64,000 nt of DNA, taken from contig NC_058368.1 of assembly GCF_018350175.1 (NCBI RefSeq), positions 11,036,001-11,100,000 of the forward strand, read 5' to 3'. Every line of letters starts with the position of its first letter. The stretch's first letter is position 1. The notes under the pieces are model-generated. The model saw only the letters and a program-made list of their open reading frames with translations, did not search any database and had not been told where the DNA came from. The position numbers were made by a program, and so were the translations under genes. This stretch comes from Felis catus. Lineage: Eukaryota. Positions 36,886-48,160 of the stretch are shown here, in pieces.

Positions 36886-37774
36886 GCTATCTCCCAGCCC
36901 CCTTGAAAGAGAATTGCCATTTTATAATATACTAGGAAATCAAAATATGGCAAATGCTATCTCCACTGGCTTCCTGGATCAAACCCCTTCATAGATTGTT
37001 TTGTCCCTCTGGGAACCCAACACTGCGTCCAACAAGTATTCCTTTCACCAAAGGGCAACATCAGGAACTCCCCGGACACCCTCTAAGCACCAGTCCCCAG
37101 CATGTAAATCAGATGGAAATCTCCAGACATCTAAACCCCTTGTCCCTTCAGAGAAGTTGCCTCTGGAAGACAGGTAATCAAGTGTTTCTCTCACTGCCAC
37201 TTAAGGAGCAATCTCTACTCTCTCAGTCATCCAAGTCTGGTTTAGCTCTGCACATATAAGACCACACCACCAGTTGGCAGGAATACATCCCCTGTAGTGT
37301 TCACACTGGCACACTCATCTTCCTGTACCAACTGTCAGAGAATTCCCGACATAGGCCAGGCTACTTAAAAGGAAAAACTGAAACAGAGCCGTTGGGGATG
37401 GTGGTGTTAGTCTAGGGAATCCCTGAATTCTCTGAGGCTTACCAGAAAGGAAATTAACATAGGGCCGCAGGGGCAGGAAGCAGGCCTTCCCAGTAGTGTG
37501 AAATGCCTTGTATATAGTATAGCCCATTGTCAACACTACTGAAGATATCTGTTCACCATATAGAAACTCGTTTACCTGTTATCTTGGTGATGGGTGCAGC
37601 TACACATCTATTTCTGTTTCAGTTACTCGCTTGTACTAACACAGTTGTCACTAGGCTGAATGGTAGCAAACACTGATGTCGCAGGTGTGACAGAGTTTTG
37701 AAGCTGTGCTTAAAACTTGTGTCTGTTATGATAATCGACATTCTTTTATCATTTTATTTCTCCTCCTTAGGTGA

Positions 37775-37775
<1 letters not shown>

Positions 37776-37821
<46 letters not shown>
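37776..37821. repeat. (TG)n microsatellite
   Basis: Direct reading. Confidence 0.95.
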
Positions 37822-37823
<2 letters not shown>

Positions 37824-38399
37824 CTCTCCCGTGGTATGGTTTTCAATTCTCTTCTCTCTGATTCCAAAATGATTTGAAGTTCCAAGCCTAAAGAGAAATA
37901 GATGCATTTTTGAGCTGAGGCCATATGCTGCCTGGAAACATATCCCTGTAGTTGGCATTTTACTCATGTTACTCTAGTGCTAAGAACCTCAAAGTCCCGA
38001 ATGCATGCTTTGGGATTGCAAATGGACTCTCCTGTCTAATTATTTCACTCCATCCCCTGAAGCAGTTGGAAGGTTTGAGTTTAGAACACAGCCCCAGCAC
38101 CTCCCCTCTAAATTCTCTAAACTGCCAAAAACTGGAGCAGCGCTAATTAAAGTTGGGAAACTAGAACATGAGGTTTGCTCATTGTCACGCTTTTGCACCA
38201 GAATGGGAAATATACCAAAAACTTTGTTGGGCATACGGAGTGACGTAGACTTGTTTAACATGACCAGTGATCTGCAAAACTATCTGACATCACGCAGTTT
38301 GCCTAAAGTTGGGTTCGTGCAAATACCTCATTAGGTTAAGACCGTCCAGTATCAACAAACTCTACTCTGCATTCTATCATGTGTATAAAACTTCTCATT

Positions 38400-39146
38400 C
38401 GCTGGCCATCCATTTTTATTTCCATATTTCATCAAATCTAAAATATCAACAGTTATATAGCATCCTTTTTATGTTGTACGAGAAGAAAAAGAAAATACTG
38501 CCGATTATATTATAACATGCAGGCCATCTTAATAGCCGTCTTCCATGACATCGTGTGGATTGGTTACGCCACCCTCTTACTGCTTTCGGGTCTCCATTTC
38601 TATCAAGGGTTTTGGTACATTTTTCTGCTCATGCCGTCATTAATTAGCACTGCTTCCCTAAGCAATGTGTGATAGACAGTGGGTTTGCATATATCTCAGT
38701 AACAGACCGTAACAGACTCCTCTTCTGTGTCTTTCTTTTTTTCAATCTGGTGAAGCATTTGGATCTTGCTTTGCAAGGTAGTACGGAAATGTCAAACAAA
38801 GACAAATGTTTCCCTGAGTGATATAACATTTAAGCCCCACTGCTCTGTTTCGTTGCCGTAGCGCATACATAGTAACATCTTTTTTCGGTGCCAAATCATA
38901 GTGGGATCTTTTCAGAAAAACCGTTTAAATGGCAATTAAACAGAACACCTGCAGTGCCAACAATGCCCATAATTTAGGAGAAGTGCTACCAAAATGAATA
39001 GCTGTGACCATGTTTATGCATGTGCAGAGCAGTGACAGCGGTGTGACAACTACTGCCAAGTTGTCACCGTCAATATTGAGACACATCCCGATTTTGGAGA
39101 TGTTAAAATGTGAAAAAAAAAAAAATGAACCTTATCAATGAACTAT
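38400..39146 (-). mobile_element. Kanga/MER104-like Tc2 (pogo-related) DNA transposon with degenerate transposase N-terminus
   Basis: Terminal segment CATCCCGATTTTGGAGATGTTAAAATGTGAAAAA is MER104-like. The minus strand translates KRSHYDLAPKKDVTMYALRQRNRAVGLK (Brinker-type HTH), then after frameshifts LRSVTEIYANPLSIT and KAVRGW (CENP-B-type HTH). Left boundary approximate. Confidence 0.75.
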
Positions 39147-39209
39147 GCTAATCTGTGCCTACTGAATTTCATGAACCCTGTTGATTCGTTCATTCACATG
39201 GTCCCTCGT

Positions 39210-39340
39210 TTTGTGAGACCAAGCTCCAGGAGGGCAAGGACTTTTTCTGTCTTATTCTCAACTCTATGTGCCAGACATGTAGGAGAGTCCGTGGCGCAGA
39301 GTTGATGTGGTCAGTAAATGTCCGTGGAATAACTGAGTGG
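39210..39340 (+). mobile_element. L2 3' end
   Basis: AAGCTCCAGGAGGGCAAGGACTTTTTCTGTCTTATTC. Confidence 0.7.
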
Positions 39341-40588
39341 CTACCCTCCCATGGAAGGCATGGAGACACACACATCAGGCGGCTCACTACTCTCCTGCTG
39401 GTTGGAAGACATAGCCTTAAAAGTATGACATTGACAGAAATGCTAGACAGAGGAAAAGGGTACAGGCCAGAATTAAGTCCTCGATTTTGTTTACAGACCC
39501 CTGTACAAAGCACTTCATGCCATTACAAAAACGACCCCAGGATAGAAGAAATTCCACTGTGGCTTCATTCATCTTTGACCAATGAAAGAATGTATGACGT
39601 CGTAACACCTTGATTCTCTCGCACGATCCCAAATCATAAGTTGCTTGAATTTTATGCCTGGTGCAATGTCATGCATTTGTCCTCTTGGACATTGGACAGA
39701 AACCGGAATTAATAGGTACATGCTTTTCCTTCAGTAAGCTCCTCTGAGACAGAAATCCGGTGCTGGTGACCTTGTCTGGATGTGCATCTCTGAGAGAAAA
39801 AATTATTTAAATTTATTTATATTTGTGTTTGTATATACACACACACTTTTAAGGCCTTTCCTTACAGTCCACTTTTTAATTACCACACCCCACCCCACCC
39901 CACCCCAAAAAAAAGGCCATCCTGACACTTTGACAAAGAAACAGACAAAAAGGAAAAAAGGAAACCTTGATAGGAATATAGACCTCTGTCTGTCATGCTC
40001 CTGCCTCCTCACTGCTCTCTAGGCAAGCAGAATGTACTTCTAGGCCAAACGGGAAGCTATGTGAGGATGCAACGAAGGAAAGGCTGGGAAGCTTAGCTTA
40101 GCAAGCTCCAAAGCGATCCTGAGGACCCAAAGTTGACAGCGTTGCCCAAATAACCCCATGGTCTGTGAGTCAAACAGCCGGTCCTGCGAAGATACGTCCC
40201 AGTTCTCGTTCAGTGAAACGTGAGACCTCCGAAACCCCTATGTAACCAGCTAAGGTCACTTGTAGGTTTCTAAGACACATTTAGTGTGCTTGCTTGGGGG
40301 AGAATGAATGGCGTGTGTTTCTCCCCACGTACGGGCAAAGCGGTGTGTGCCGTGACGGGACATGGCAGGTAGGCCAGAGCTGTCTCTTTCACCTATTAGA
40401 AAATAATTATTAATTAAATTACATCCTGTTGGCTTTCCACTAAAGGAACTTCTGTATAATTACGTCTATTAAGCGTTGTTAACATGAGCCAGACGAATGA
40501 CAAAAATAACGTAAAACTTGCTTTTACTGAACACACAGGGTGGGATAAAAGAAAAACAGAATAATCTTAGATGCCAGTTCTATGATTG

Positions 40589-41054
40589 TGTGGGATGTTT
40601 CAATAAGGTGTGGTAAGACATGCAGACATGGAAATGACTGTCATGAAGGGAAGAGTGTGTTATGCTCACAGGTCCCTAAGAGCAGTAAGCACATGTGTCG
40701 TGCAGGGCTACGTGGAGGTGGAGGGAGTGACGATGAATGTGGGCAAGACGAGATACAGGAGGAGCAGGGCAAGCGGACTTAGGGCTGGATAATTTCAGAG
40801 AGCTTTGGGGCATAGAAGCTGTCCCTGGTTATCCGGTACCTGGCCCTGGGGTGATTAGGGCAGGTGGACAGCCACGCTTAGTGTGAGAAGGACGGGCTCT
40901 GGACTGCTGGTTTGCGTATGAAAGGCACATCGGAAGGCCAATTACTTATCCCTAGGAATTAGCTCACTCTGGGAGGGACAATCCCTGCAGGGTCATCAAG
41001 GCCCAAAGATGCCAAAGCATCAGGATACGGAGAAGAAAAGACATGCTTAATACA
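40589..41054 (-). mobile_element. ERVL solo LTR (MER74/MER76-like)
   Basis: Minus strand begins TGTATTAAGCATG...GATGCTTTGGCATCTTTGGGCCTTG and contains GCTAATTCCTAG; ends in CA. Confidence 0.7.
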
Positions 41055-41739
41055 TGGGGATTTTAAAAATAGTCCAGTAATGAATTAGGTCCGTGTACAC
41101 ATGGAGCATTCAGCCAAATGTGCAGAAATGCCCAGCTCAGGGTCTGACACATGGTACTCACCCAGCAAACATTAATTAAATCTGAGTTGTGGTGCCAGAT
41201 GGTCCAGCCATGCTCACAGTCCGCCTCTGCTGCATATTGCAGTCAGGTGTGCAGTGCTCATCTTGAGAAAAAGAAAACAATGGGGACGCACGCTACACAG
41301 AAGGTCTCCAGATGAAAAATGAGCCACCCAGGATGAGGAGGAGGCAAGAAAGTTGTTAAAAACATAAATGAGCTCTTAGGCAAATACATCCTTAACTCTA
41401 AGATCTTAAAATCTGTAAGGTGATTGTATGTTTGGGGTAATTCCTTAATCACTGTGGATTTGGAATATCAATAAAAGTCAGGAAACATGAAGGTTGCCGG
41501 CAACCTGTAGAAAGGTTGCTTCTGAGTAAAACTGGAGTTGCAAAGTGAATTGTGTATTGTAAATGTTGTGCTCAGGAGCACACTTCTAAATGTGAGCTAC
41601 TCAAAATAGCACCAGACATACTCCTGGTGTGGTGACAGGTCTAGGCATAGGATGTGTAACATGCACCTGTACTTCCAGGATGTTGATGGAGGGTGGCGAT
41701 GAGTGGGATGGATGCCGGGTGAGACTCAAGACATTCCTT

Positions 41740-42186
41740 AAAAAAAATTATTGTAGTATAGCTGACACACAGTGTTACATTAGTCTTAGGTGTACAGCAT
41801 AGTGATTGGACAAGTCTATACATTATGCTGTGCTTACTACGAGTGTAGCTACTATCTGTCACAATGCAACACTATTACAATACATTATATTTTCTATGCT
41901 GTACCTTTCATTCCGGTGACTTAGTCCCCAGCTGGAAGCCTGTACCTCCTGATCCCCTTCACCCATTTTGCCCATCTTCCTGCTCCCCTCTCCTCTGGCA
42001 ACCATTAGTTTCTTCTCTGTATTTATGGGTCTGTTTCTGCTTTTTGTTTGTTTTTTGGATTTCACATGTGAGTGATATCACATGGTACTTGTCTTTCCCT
42101 GACTTATTTCACTAAGCATAATGCCCTCTAGGTCCATCCATGGTAGCACATGACAAGATCTTATTCCTTTTTATGACTGAATAATG

Positions 42187-42227
<41 letters not shown>

Positions 42228-42287
42228 TATCATATCACATCTTCTGTATCCATTCATCTCGATGGACTCTTGAGTTGCTTCCATATT
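41740..42287 (-). mobile_element. Carnivore L1 3' end with internal (TG)n
   Basis: GTTACATTAGT.TTAGGTGTACAGCATAGTGATT...TTGCTTCCATATT; TSD-like AAGACAT on both sides. Confidence 0.88.
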
Positions 42288-43751
42288 GAAGACATGGCTT
42301 GCTCTTTATGATGAATGTCAGGAGTACAGGAGGGTACAAGCATTAGGGCTTACAGCTAAGTAAATTGGATGAGTTGTTGCAGTGGTCAACCTCATGACTT
42401 CTCTCTAAGTGGTCGATTAATGATTACAATGTCTTTGAAGCCCAATGACTTTTCCCTCTAATCTTGATCAGGCATGTTAAGAAATAATAACGAAAACATA
42501 CGCAGGACGTTCGTCTAATATTAGAAGGGTAGTTTCTTCAGTGAGAACTGAGATTGCCTTCTGCTTACAATTCTTTAAATTTGTGGCTGTGCACACATCT
42601 CCTTTGCATTGTGTAAGAGCTTATCTATGTTGATGGAAATTGTAGGGATGTTTTCACTGGAGTACAGCTGCTCCCCCATTGTGTTTCCAAACTGACATCA
42701 TGACTCTTTAATTAAAGTTGCAATATTAGCCTAAACTGGACAGTGAAGGATTTTCTGCCTGGTTTATGTTGCTGACCTAGATTTGTTGTTGGTCAGGACA
42801 ATCCTTGGGTTTATCTATATCAGTGAAGAAATGTCTCTTAACCTAATATACATTTTGAAATCCAGGCTTTTATATCCTTTTGAATTCTGATTTTGTACAC
42901 AATTTAGGCCCATGTGAAAATGGAGTATTCAGTCAAATGAGATGATAATGTGCAGAAACATCTGAATTGTCAAAAAAAAGTGGGGGGGGGACAATTTCAT
43001 CTACATAAGTGCTGCATCTTGCTTTCAACATCAGTGATACTAGTCCTTTGGTTCCTGGAGCCCTTTCTTTGTGTTGATAATTATAAGTGAGTCCCCATAA
43101 TGGGAGGGTGAGATGGGAGGGGGTAGCCTTCCTGGAGCTGTTCTAGGTATTTTCATTCTATTTTAGCTTTAACCTTAATGAATTTGAATTGCACTCTTTT
43201 GGAGTGGAGTGGAAAGAGGCATATCCTTGCTTATCTTTTCAGCCCTAGAGCCTAGAAAAGTACCCATAAGTAGTAGAAGCTTAATAATATTTGGTGATTT
43301 AAAATATATTGTTTAGTTGACGCAGGAATTTCCACCCTTCTTTGGCTGAAAGATTCTTATTAATTATGAAATAAAAGTCTCACATAATACATTATAATTT
43401 GACAGTTAAATCATCTACGGTGAAGAACCAAACACATCAAAACTGAAATTTTAACAAATAGAAGTCATTAAGGTAAATTTGATATAACAAAATTGAAAAA
43501 TCTATTATAAATGACCATTATTAAAATTCTCTGGTATTGGACTGAAAACTAGACAGATAAAAAACAATCATAGAAATTCCAGATTTTGATTTAGATTGCC
43601 TAGGGAACCTAATTTAAGACACACACATAAGCAACACAACTTTGAAGAAAAGGTCGATTACTTAGTGAAGTTTGCTAGAACAATAGAATGACAGTTTCAA
43701 GAAGAGAAAACAGTAAGGAAAAGAAAAACATATTCTGGTCATAACCAAATA

Positions 43752-43937
43752 CAGGTTTCCCCTGCTATGGAGAGTGTTCCTACGTAACTTTTGTAAGGCA
43801 AGGTAGCGTGAAGTGAAAAAGCAATTACCATTTTGTAAGAGTGAAAATCGTCTTCAAATTTCTTTTGGTTAGTGAAAATAAGTACTAATGTAGATCTATT
43901 GTAAAAGCTAAGTGTTTTGGATAACAGAGGAAACCTG
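43752..43937. mobile_element. Complete Tigger-type (Tc1/mariner) MITE
   Basis: TIRs CAGGTTTCCCCTGCTAT / ATAACAGAGGAAACCTG with TA on both sides. Confidence 0.85.
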
Positions 43938-43984
43938 TATTAGAATAAATTTCAGCTAAGCCACAGTGCTGAATGTTGGAGAAA

Positions 43985-44315
43985 AAAAAACAGAAATACC
44001 GTAATGATGGATACTTGTCTGTCTGTGTGTATATATGTATATGTATGTATGTATATATATATATATTTGTCCAGACTCACAGAACATACAACACCAAGAG
44101 TGAACCATCATGTAAACAGTGGACTTTGGGTGATAACAGGGTATCCATGTCAGTTCATCAGTTATAACAAATATACCACTCTGGTGGGGAATATTGATAC
44201 TGGGGGAGCCTCTGCATGTGTGGGGCAGGGTCATATGGTAGATCTCTGCACTGATTCCTCAATTTTGCTGTGAATCTAAAACTGCTCTAAAAAACGCAGT
44301 CTTAATATAAAAGAA
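43985..44315 (+). mobile_element. L1MC-like 3'UTR fragment
   Basis: ACAACACCAAGAGTGAACC...TGTGAATCTAAAACTGCTCTAAAAAA; related to the copy at 6730-6990. Confidence 0.85.
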
Positions 44316-44585
44316 AAACAAAAACAAAGGAAGGGAGGGAAGGAAGAAAAGGAGGGAGAGGGTAAGGAAGGGAGGGAGGGAAGACCAGCAAAGTAATGTA
44401 TTTATCCCAGGTCTGAAGGCAGTGAAGACTTTTCTGGATGTTTATGCCATCTTACAAAAGACATGCGTTAGAATATAGAACACTGAAAAGGGTTTAAGAA
44501 CGGAAATACAATAAAATAATTCTGTAAGGAAAGATGACAGAATGAGAAAGAACATGGGTAATGAAAACTTATCTAAAATATGTAA

Positions 44586-44705
44586 GGGGGCACCTGGCTG
44601 GCTCAGTCGGAAGATCATGTGACTCTTGATCTTGGAGTTGTGAGTTCCAGCTCCACTTTGGGTGTAGAGATTACTTAAATAAATAAATAAAAATAAACTT
44701 TATAA
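44586..44705 (+). mobile_element. Short tRNA-Lys-like carnivore SINE
   Basis: Same type as 1936-2045; TSD-like ATATGTAAGG. Confidence 0.88.
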
Positions 44706-45519
44706 AATATATGTAAGGAGTTGATATGAACATAAGGATATATGGCATGAGCACTCAGATTCTAGTTCGTGGGGTTGAGGGAGATAAGCAGACATTTTGG
44801 ATACTGAAACACAAATGTTCGATCATCACACGATATGTCCAGAGCATAAAACACATCCATTAATTGTCACCACTTAAAGGTGTAGTTTGTGCTTTGACAA
44901 AAATCAAAAGTGATTTGGAAAGTGGGAAATCTGCGTCGACTGACTTCTTTTTCATTTGTTGAATTAGTAAAACAAAAATAATAATAATAATCCTTGAACC
45001 ACCACTGAAGAAGTTGGATCGTAGTGACTTTATTCAGAAACCACTTGAGACAGAATTATATATCAGGACTGTCTTCTTTACTTAGATGTTTTTCCAGACA
45101 ATAAAACAAATCCAACAAAAGACTTCAGTGTGGACACTCAATAGACTCCAACAGCATGTTAGACAGTGTCTTCACTTTAGTTGTATCTCTTAAAAGCACG
45201 CTTACCGAAACAGCACTTAAGAGTTTGGAATTTGGTCTCACGTATCCAAAACTGCACTTGAAGTTTTGAAATTTGGTCTCAATCTTCACAAAATGTTCAC
45301 GCTAGCATTGTTTTCTTGTTTCTGTAGAAACTACAGGGGGAAACTCTGTCTCTGTGAGTACTGTCTGGGAATGGAAAATAATTTTCTTGACTATGAAAAT
45401 GATCAGAATGAAGGTTGGAGGTCTCTTGAGCAGTGGCTGCCTCATGTTGGGTATTATTTGGAAGGGGAAGAGCTTTGATTCAGACTGACCTGGACTTGCT
45501 CTCCCTTCAGCCACAGAAT

Positions 45520-45780
45520 GAGAAGTGAATCAACACCTGTTGAAGGCTAACTGTGTGGCTAGTAGCAAGCTGATGGCATTACATTCTCTCCTCACCTCAT
45601 TTAACCCCCGCAGCAGCCCCTGCATAATAGACCCTGTTATCATCTCTATTTCACAGATTAGGAAACCGAAGAACCAGGAGGTTAGATATTTCGCCCAGTG
45701 CCACCCTGATAGCAAGTGGAGAGGTTGAGAGAAGAACTCAGAGTGTCTGACCCCAGAATCACGAATTTAAGCACCTGTGA
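45520..45780 (-). mobile_element. MIR
   Basis: CTCATTTAACCCC..CAGCCC; ATTTCACAGAT.AGGAAACCGA core. Confidence 0.75.
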
Positions 45781-45789
45781 AATACTCCC

Positions 45790-45950
45790 AGGTTGTGTGC
45801 TTAATTAACATCCGGAAGCCTTCGCTTCCTTGTCTGTAAAATGGGGCCATTGATTTCTCCTGGGCAACTTTGTTGTGAGTTTGCAAGAGAATATATATAA
45901 AATATCTAGTGCCCTAATGGCCTGGTACAGAGTAGTTGCCTGTTGTTATT
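45790..45950 (+). mobile_element. MIR
   Basis: TTCCTTGTCTGTAAAATGGGG core; GCCTGGTACAGAGTAG. Confidence 0.65.
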
Positions 45951-47945
45951 GCTGCTTTTGTTGCTTTTGTTAAGGACTGTAATGTGATAGTCTAGTGAAA
46001 GTCCTAGCTATTTTTGTCTCTCAAATTTAGCCCAGTCATATCCATTACTATGGCAACCATTCTATCAAGCCATTCACCATCACAGCTATAGGAACTTCCT
46101 TGCTGGCACCCGTAAGTCCAGTCTAGAAACTCTTTCTACTGCAGAACCTATCTTTTCTGCCTTACATGGAGTGCCTAGATGAGTAGGAAGCAGCAGAAGT
46201 GGAAACAGAAAGACTTCAAGGGGGGCGGGCACAGATCAGCATCATTCTTTGCAGGAATTATCTGCGCTCACTCAGCAAAAACAGTGGAACTAAATCTACC
46301 AAAAGTAGAATGGGAGGGAAGTTTCGACTCAACACTCTGATACCAAGAATTGGGGAACCTTCATTTGCTATTTTTTGAGTCCTGAATATGTTATCTTCTC
46401 AAGCAAGAAAAAAACCGTTGGCAACCCTAAGTTTACTCGTGAAGCAATGACTAAATAGAGTGCATTTAATTACAGATTCCATGAGTTCTGAAGTAGCAGA
46501 TCTTAAACATTCTTGTAAATATATTGTAGCAAGTGAAAACTACACATTGTATTCCTCCTAGCTTTTCCGAAGGAGATCCTGGGGCATCCACGTAGGAGTT
46601 TTTAGAAATCAATTATGAATTGCTCTTTTATTCTCACAGGTTTAGCACCTTAGCTATGTGACATCTGATTAACACATTAAAAATATTTTAATGCATTTAA
46701 AATATGTTTTAGTATTAATGTTATTAAAATATTTTTATTATAAAACTGATGTGTTCAGTGTTGAAAAATTTAAGGGTTTAGTTAAGCAAATAGAAGAAAA
46801 TAAAGCCATCCATAATCCCACCTCTTCAGTGTGATCACTGTTTGCATTTTTCATATTCCCTTCTGTATTTCTTTTTTTCACACATATTGTTTACAAAAAA
46901 ATGGAATCATTTAATATACTGTTTTGTAAGTTACTTTTGTCAGCTAACACAGTTTACCCCAAATATCTTTCCGTGGTAGTAAATCATTACATAGATTTTC
47001 AGACAAACTGAAAGTTGTCAGACCTTGGTCCTGTGTTTTGAGACACTCTAAGCCTCCACTTAGCCCCAAGGCTGAGGACTGTGTCCGTATCTGCACAAGA
47101 CATACCCCTATCTAGAGGAGTTTTAGAGTAGCCCGAGTGGGATTTCACCTGCAAAATGAGAGCTCTACATCCGGACTCCTACCTCTGCCTGGTCTTGGTG
47201 TTGGTGTTATCGTGAGCTTCCTATTATTTTCATCATCTAAGGAGGGGTCTCAAGTCATCCTGGTGATTCTGACATGGAAGTGCAAATGAGCTTTTTCTGC
47301 TTCGCATCCTCTGACAGATGAATGTCAGGAGACACACAACCCTGCCAACCGGCCTCTTAAAACCAAGCCCATCTGCCGATCAAAAGCTGCCATTCAGAGT
47401 GCTGACACCCTCCCTCCCGATCGTATGATTTTAATTTCCACAGCTGACTCTCAATTACCGCTTCTCCCGGGAGCGGAGATGCCAACGATAATTGAAACCC
47501 ACAGATAATAACCAAACTTTATGATAGTTTAAATCTCCTCCCCATCCATCTTGCAGGCAGAGCTGCTCACAAATGGACTGATTAGAGTTTCTCCTCCTTT
47601 TATTTTTCCTGATTAGCCCCTGATTCACAGCCTAATGAGCAATGAGGTAGCCAAAATTTGGTTTCCAGAGAGACCAGCAGAACCAGCCTGTCTTTATGTT
47701 CCTACAGTTGAGTATATCAGTCTTTGAAACCTTCAGTGTCTTCACTGTGAAGAGCACTAAGCGAGGTGTTTGTACTATTAGAATCAGGCAGATACTGTCC
47801 CTTCTTGGTTCTTTATCCAAATATTTTGCCCAGGAGCATATAAATTGCTTTTTTTCTATCTTGGTTCTCCAAAAAACCATCAAAGCTTTTCAAACAAGTT
47901 CCAACTAATTGACATTCCTTCATTTAAAAAAAAAAAATACTAACT

Positions 47946-48160
47946 GGGACGCCTGGATGGCTCAGTCTGTTAAGCATCCAGCTTTGGCTTAGCTCGTGAT
48001 CTTGCGGATCATGAGTTCAAGCCCCGTGTCAGGCTCCGCACTGACAGCTCGGGGCCTGAAGCCTGCTTCGGATTCTGTGTCTCCCTCTCTCTCTGCCCCT
48101 CCCCCCTTGCGCTCTGTCTCTCTCCCTCTCTCAAAAATAAACAAACATAAAAAAATTTTT
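47946..48160 (+). mobile_element. Feliform CAN-SINE
   Basis: TSD AAAATACTA(A/G)CT. Confidence 0.93.
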
